From Bugula neritina (taxonomy: Eukaryota; Animalia; Bryozoa), in NCBI GenBank assembly GCA_964035545.1, contig OZ037771.1, positions 631,628-695,627 on the forward strand: a stretch of DNA of 64,000 nt, read 5' to 3'. The notes beneath the pieces were generated by a model. It saw only the letters and a list, made by a program, of their open reading frames with translations. It ran no database searches and was not told where the DNA came from. Below, piece after piece: positions 54,233 through 64,000 of this stretch; the first letter of the stretch is position 1; every line of letters begins with the position of its first letter. The translations under genes were made by a program, and so were the position numbers.

Positions 54233-55799
54233 GCCAAATATTTACTACAAAATTCAAAAATAGCATAAATTAAGTAGTATTACCGTGCCTATTTGCATCC
54301 AATTAACTAGTCTCACATTTATAGCAACTGTAACGTATTTTGTGTATAATGGTTATTGCAAGCATTATTCAATTCATATTCACATTAAAATCACAGCGAA
54401 GCTTTAACTTTATAGCTTTGTATTTATGTGCATGATTGAGTTTTAATTTTTCTTTTAATTTTATGTGCATTAAAAATGTGTTTAAAAACTTTACCAATAA
54501 AAAAAATTAAAAAAAATGTACACATAAAATAGAAAAAAAATAAAATAACAAAAGTGGCAAAATTTTTCCTTTATAACTTATATAAACTCGCGGTACCAAT
54601 CTCGGCATAATGGCGCCCATATGATTCCGTAAGATTTGCTAATGGCAACACTCTTAAATATACCACACTGGTTTCATGGAAGTTGATATCTAGAGGCAAA
54701 GGCATCAATGATCTCTTCACACACTTTCAACAAAATGATGGGGGCTGGGTTCACAGTGAATCTTGTTTAAAGTAGGAAGCCTGTAAAACTGTATCAAATT
54801 CAATACTGAACATATCAAAAAGTGAACATGTAGGTTTTGAATTTTTTACAATTTTATTCACTGTTATGATTGCTATCTGCATTTTCATACCAACATTTAT
54901 TTATTACAATTTCCGTATAGGAAATCTTAGTTTTTTTGTATTAATTTACTCCTTTATAATTATTTTTTGTTCCCATTATCATAAACTGTAAAGTGATCAT
55001 CATAATCATTATCATTATGATATTGATAACAGTGATTATTATATAATTATGGTCATCTATAATTTCAATATGAATATCATTATGATTATGATAGTGATTA
55101 TATTTAATTAAAATTAAATAATTATTATAATTCAGATATGGTTATAGTTATTAAGTTTAACACTGAGACGAAGAGTAAGACTAAGAGTAACTCACTAACT
55201 GTAAGACTGAGACTATCTACTTTTAGCATTAAGTTAATGTTCAAGAATCGAGAGTGTGTTGTTATTTTCATCTTAACCTTAACTTTAAGCTTTCAACCTC
55301 ATGAATTTGTAGTTGACAAACCTACTTTTAGAAATAATTATAATTTGAAGAATAATTACTAATTAGTATTACTGATAGTGATGAATAGGTTTTAACACCT
55401 TTGCCGGATTTTTAAAAAAAATTAAATTGCTTTGAAGCTCATTATATAAATATATGGCATAGTCATTATCATCTATTTAGGCCTAATTACTAATTATATT
55501 ATTAGTGATAACTGATATGTGTTATCATCATGAGACTGAGTTATCATGAAAATATTTTAAAAAATATATATCACTTCAACTTATGCTGTATTAGTTGTAG
55601 TACATGTCTTCATTGTTTATTAACAGGTTATTATTTAATTGCTACTAAGACTACCTTGACATTTTAGACTAAGACTAACAGTAGTATTTGTAGGAATAGT
55701 TATAGTCATAGTTGAGGTGTTGACAAGTCGCAGCAGGTGTTGGTAGATTCAATCATTGTTATTTTCTAGAGTCTGCTGGTTAGCATTATTTCTGCCAGC

Positions 55800-64000
<8,201 letters not shown>

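Overview
Gene-dense, intron-rich animal (invertebrate-like) nuclear DNA; the species cannot be determined from the sequence. Six host genes alternate in orientation: VPS33A (-, 5' exons only), an SH3-DH-PH RhoGEF of the SPATA13/ARHGEF4/collybistin family (+), SRSF7/SRSF3-like (-, with a candidate poison exon), RPIA (+), CLOCK (-) and CYFIP (+, runs off the window). Most introns carry minisatellites, many of which begin as tandem copies of the splice junction itself. Mobile DNA: a deleted pogo/Tigger-type transposon (27603-29675), and a hAT-like foldback element (45394-54670, 8-bp TSD) containing a very young Ty3/Gypsy LTR retrotransposon (45675-53113; identical 305-bp LTRs, 4-bp TSD, tRNA-Leu PBS). 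The most striking item is the third ORF of that element. In the env position it encodes not an envelope but a soluble protein with an acidic N-terminus, tandem zinc-finger-like motifs and a C-terminal coiled coil, resembling a transcription regulator. Exon coordinates were read by eye and may be off by a few bases.
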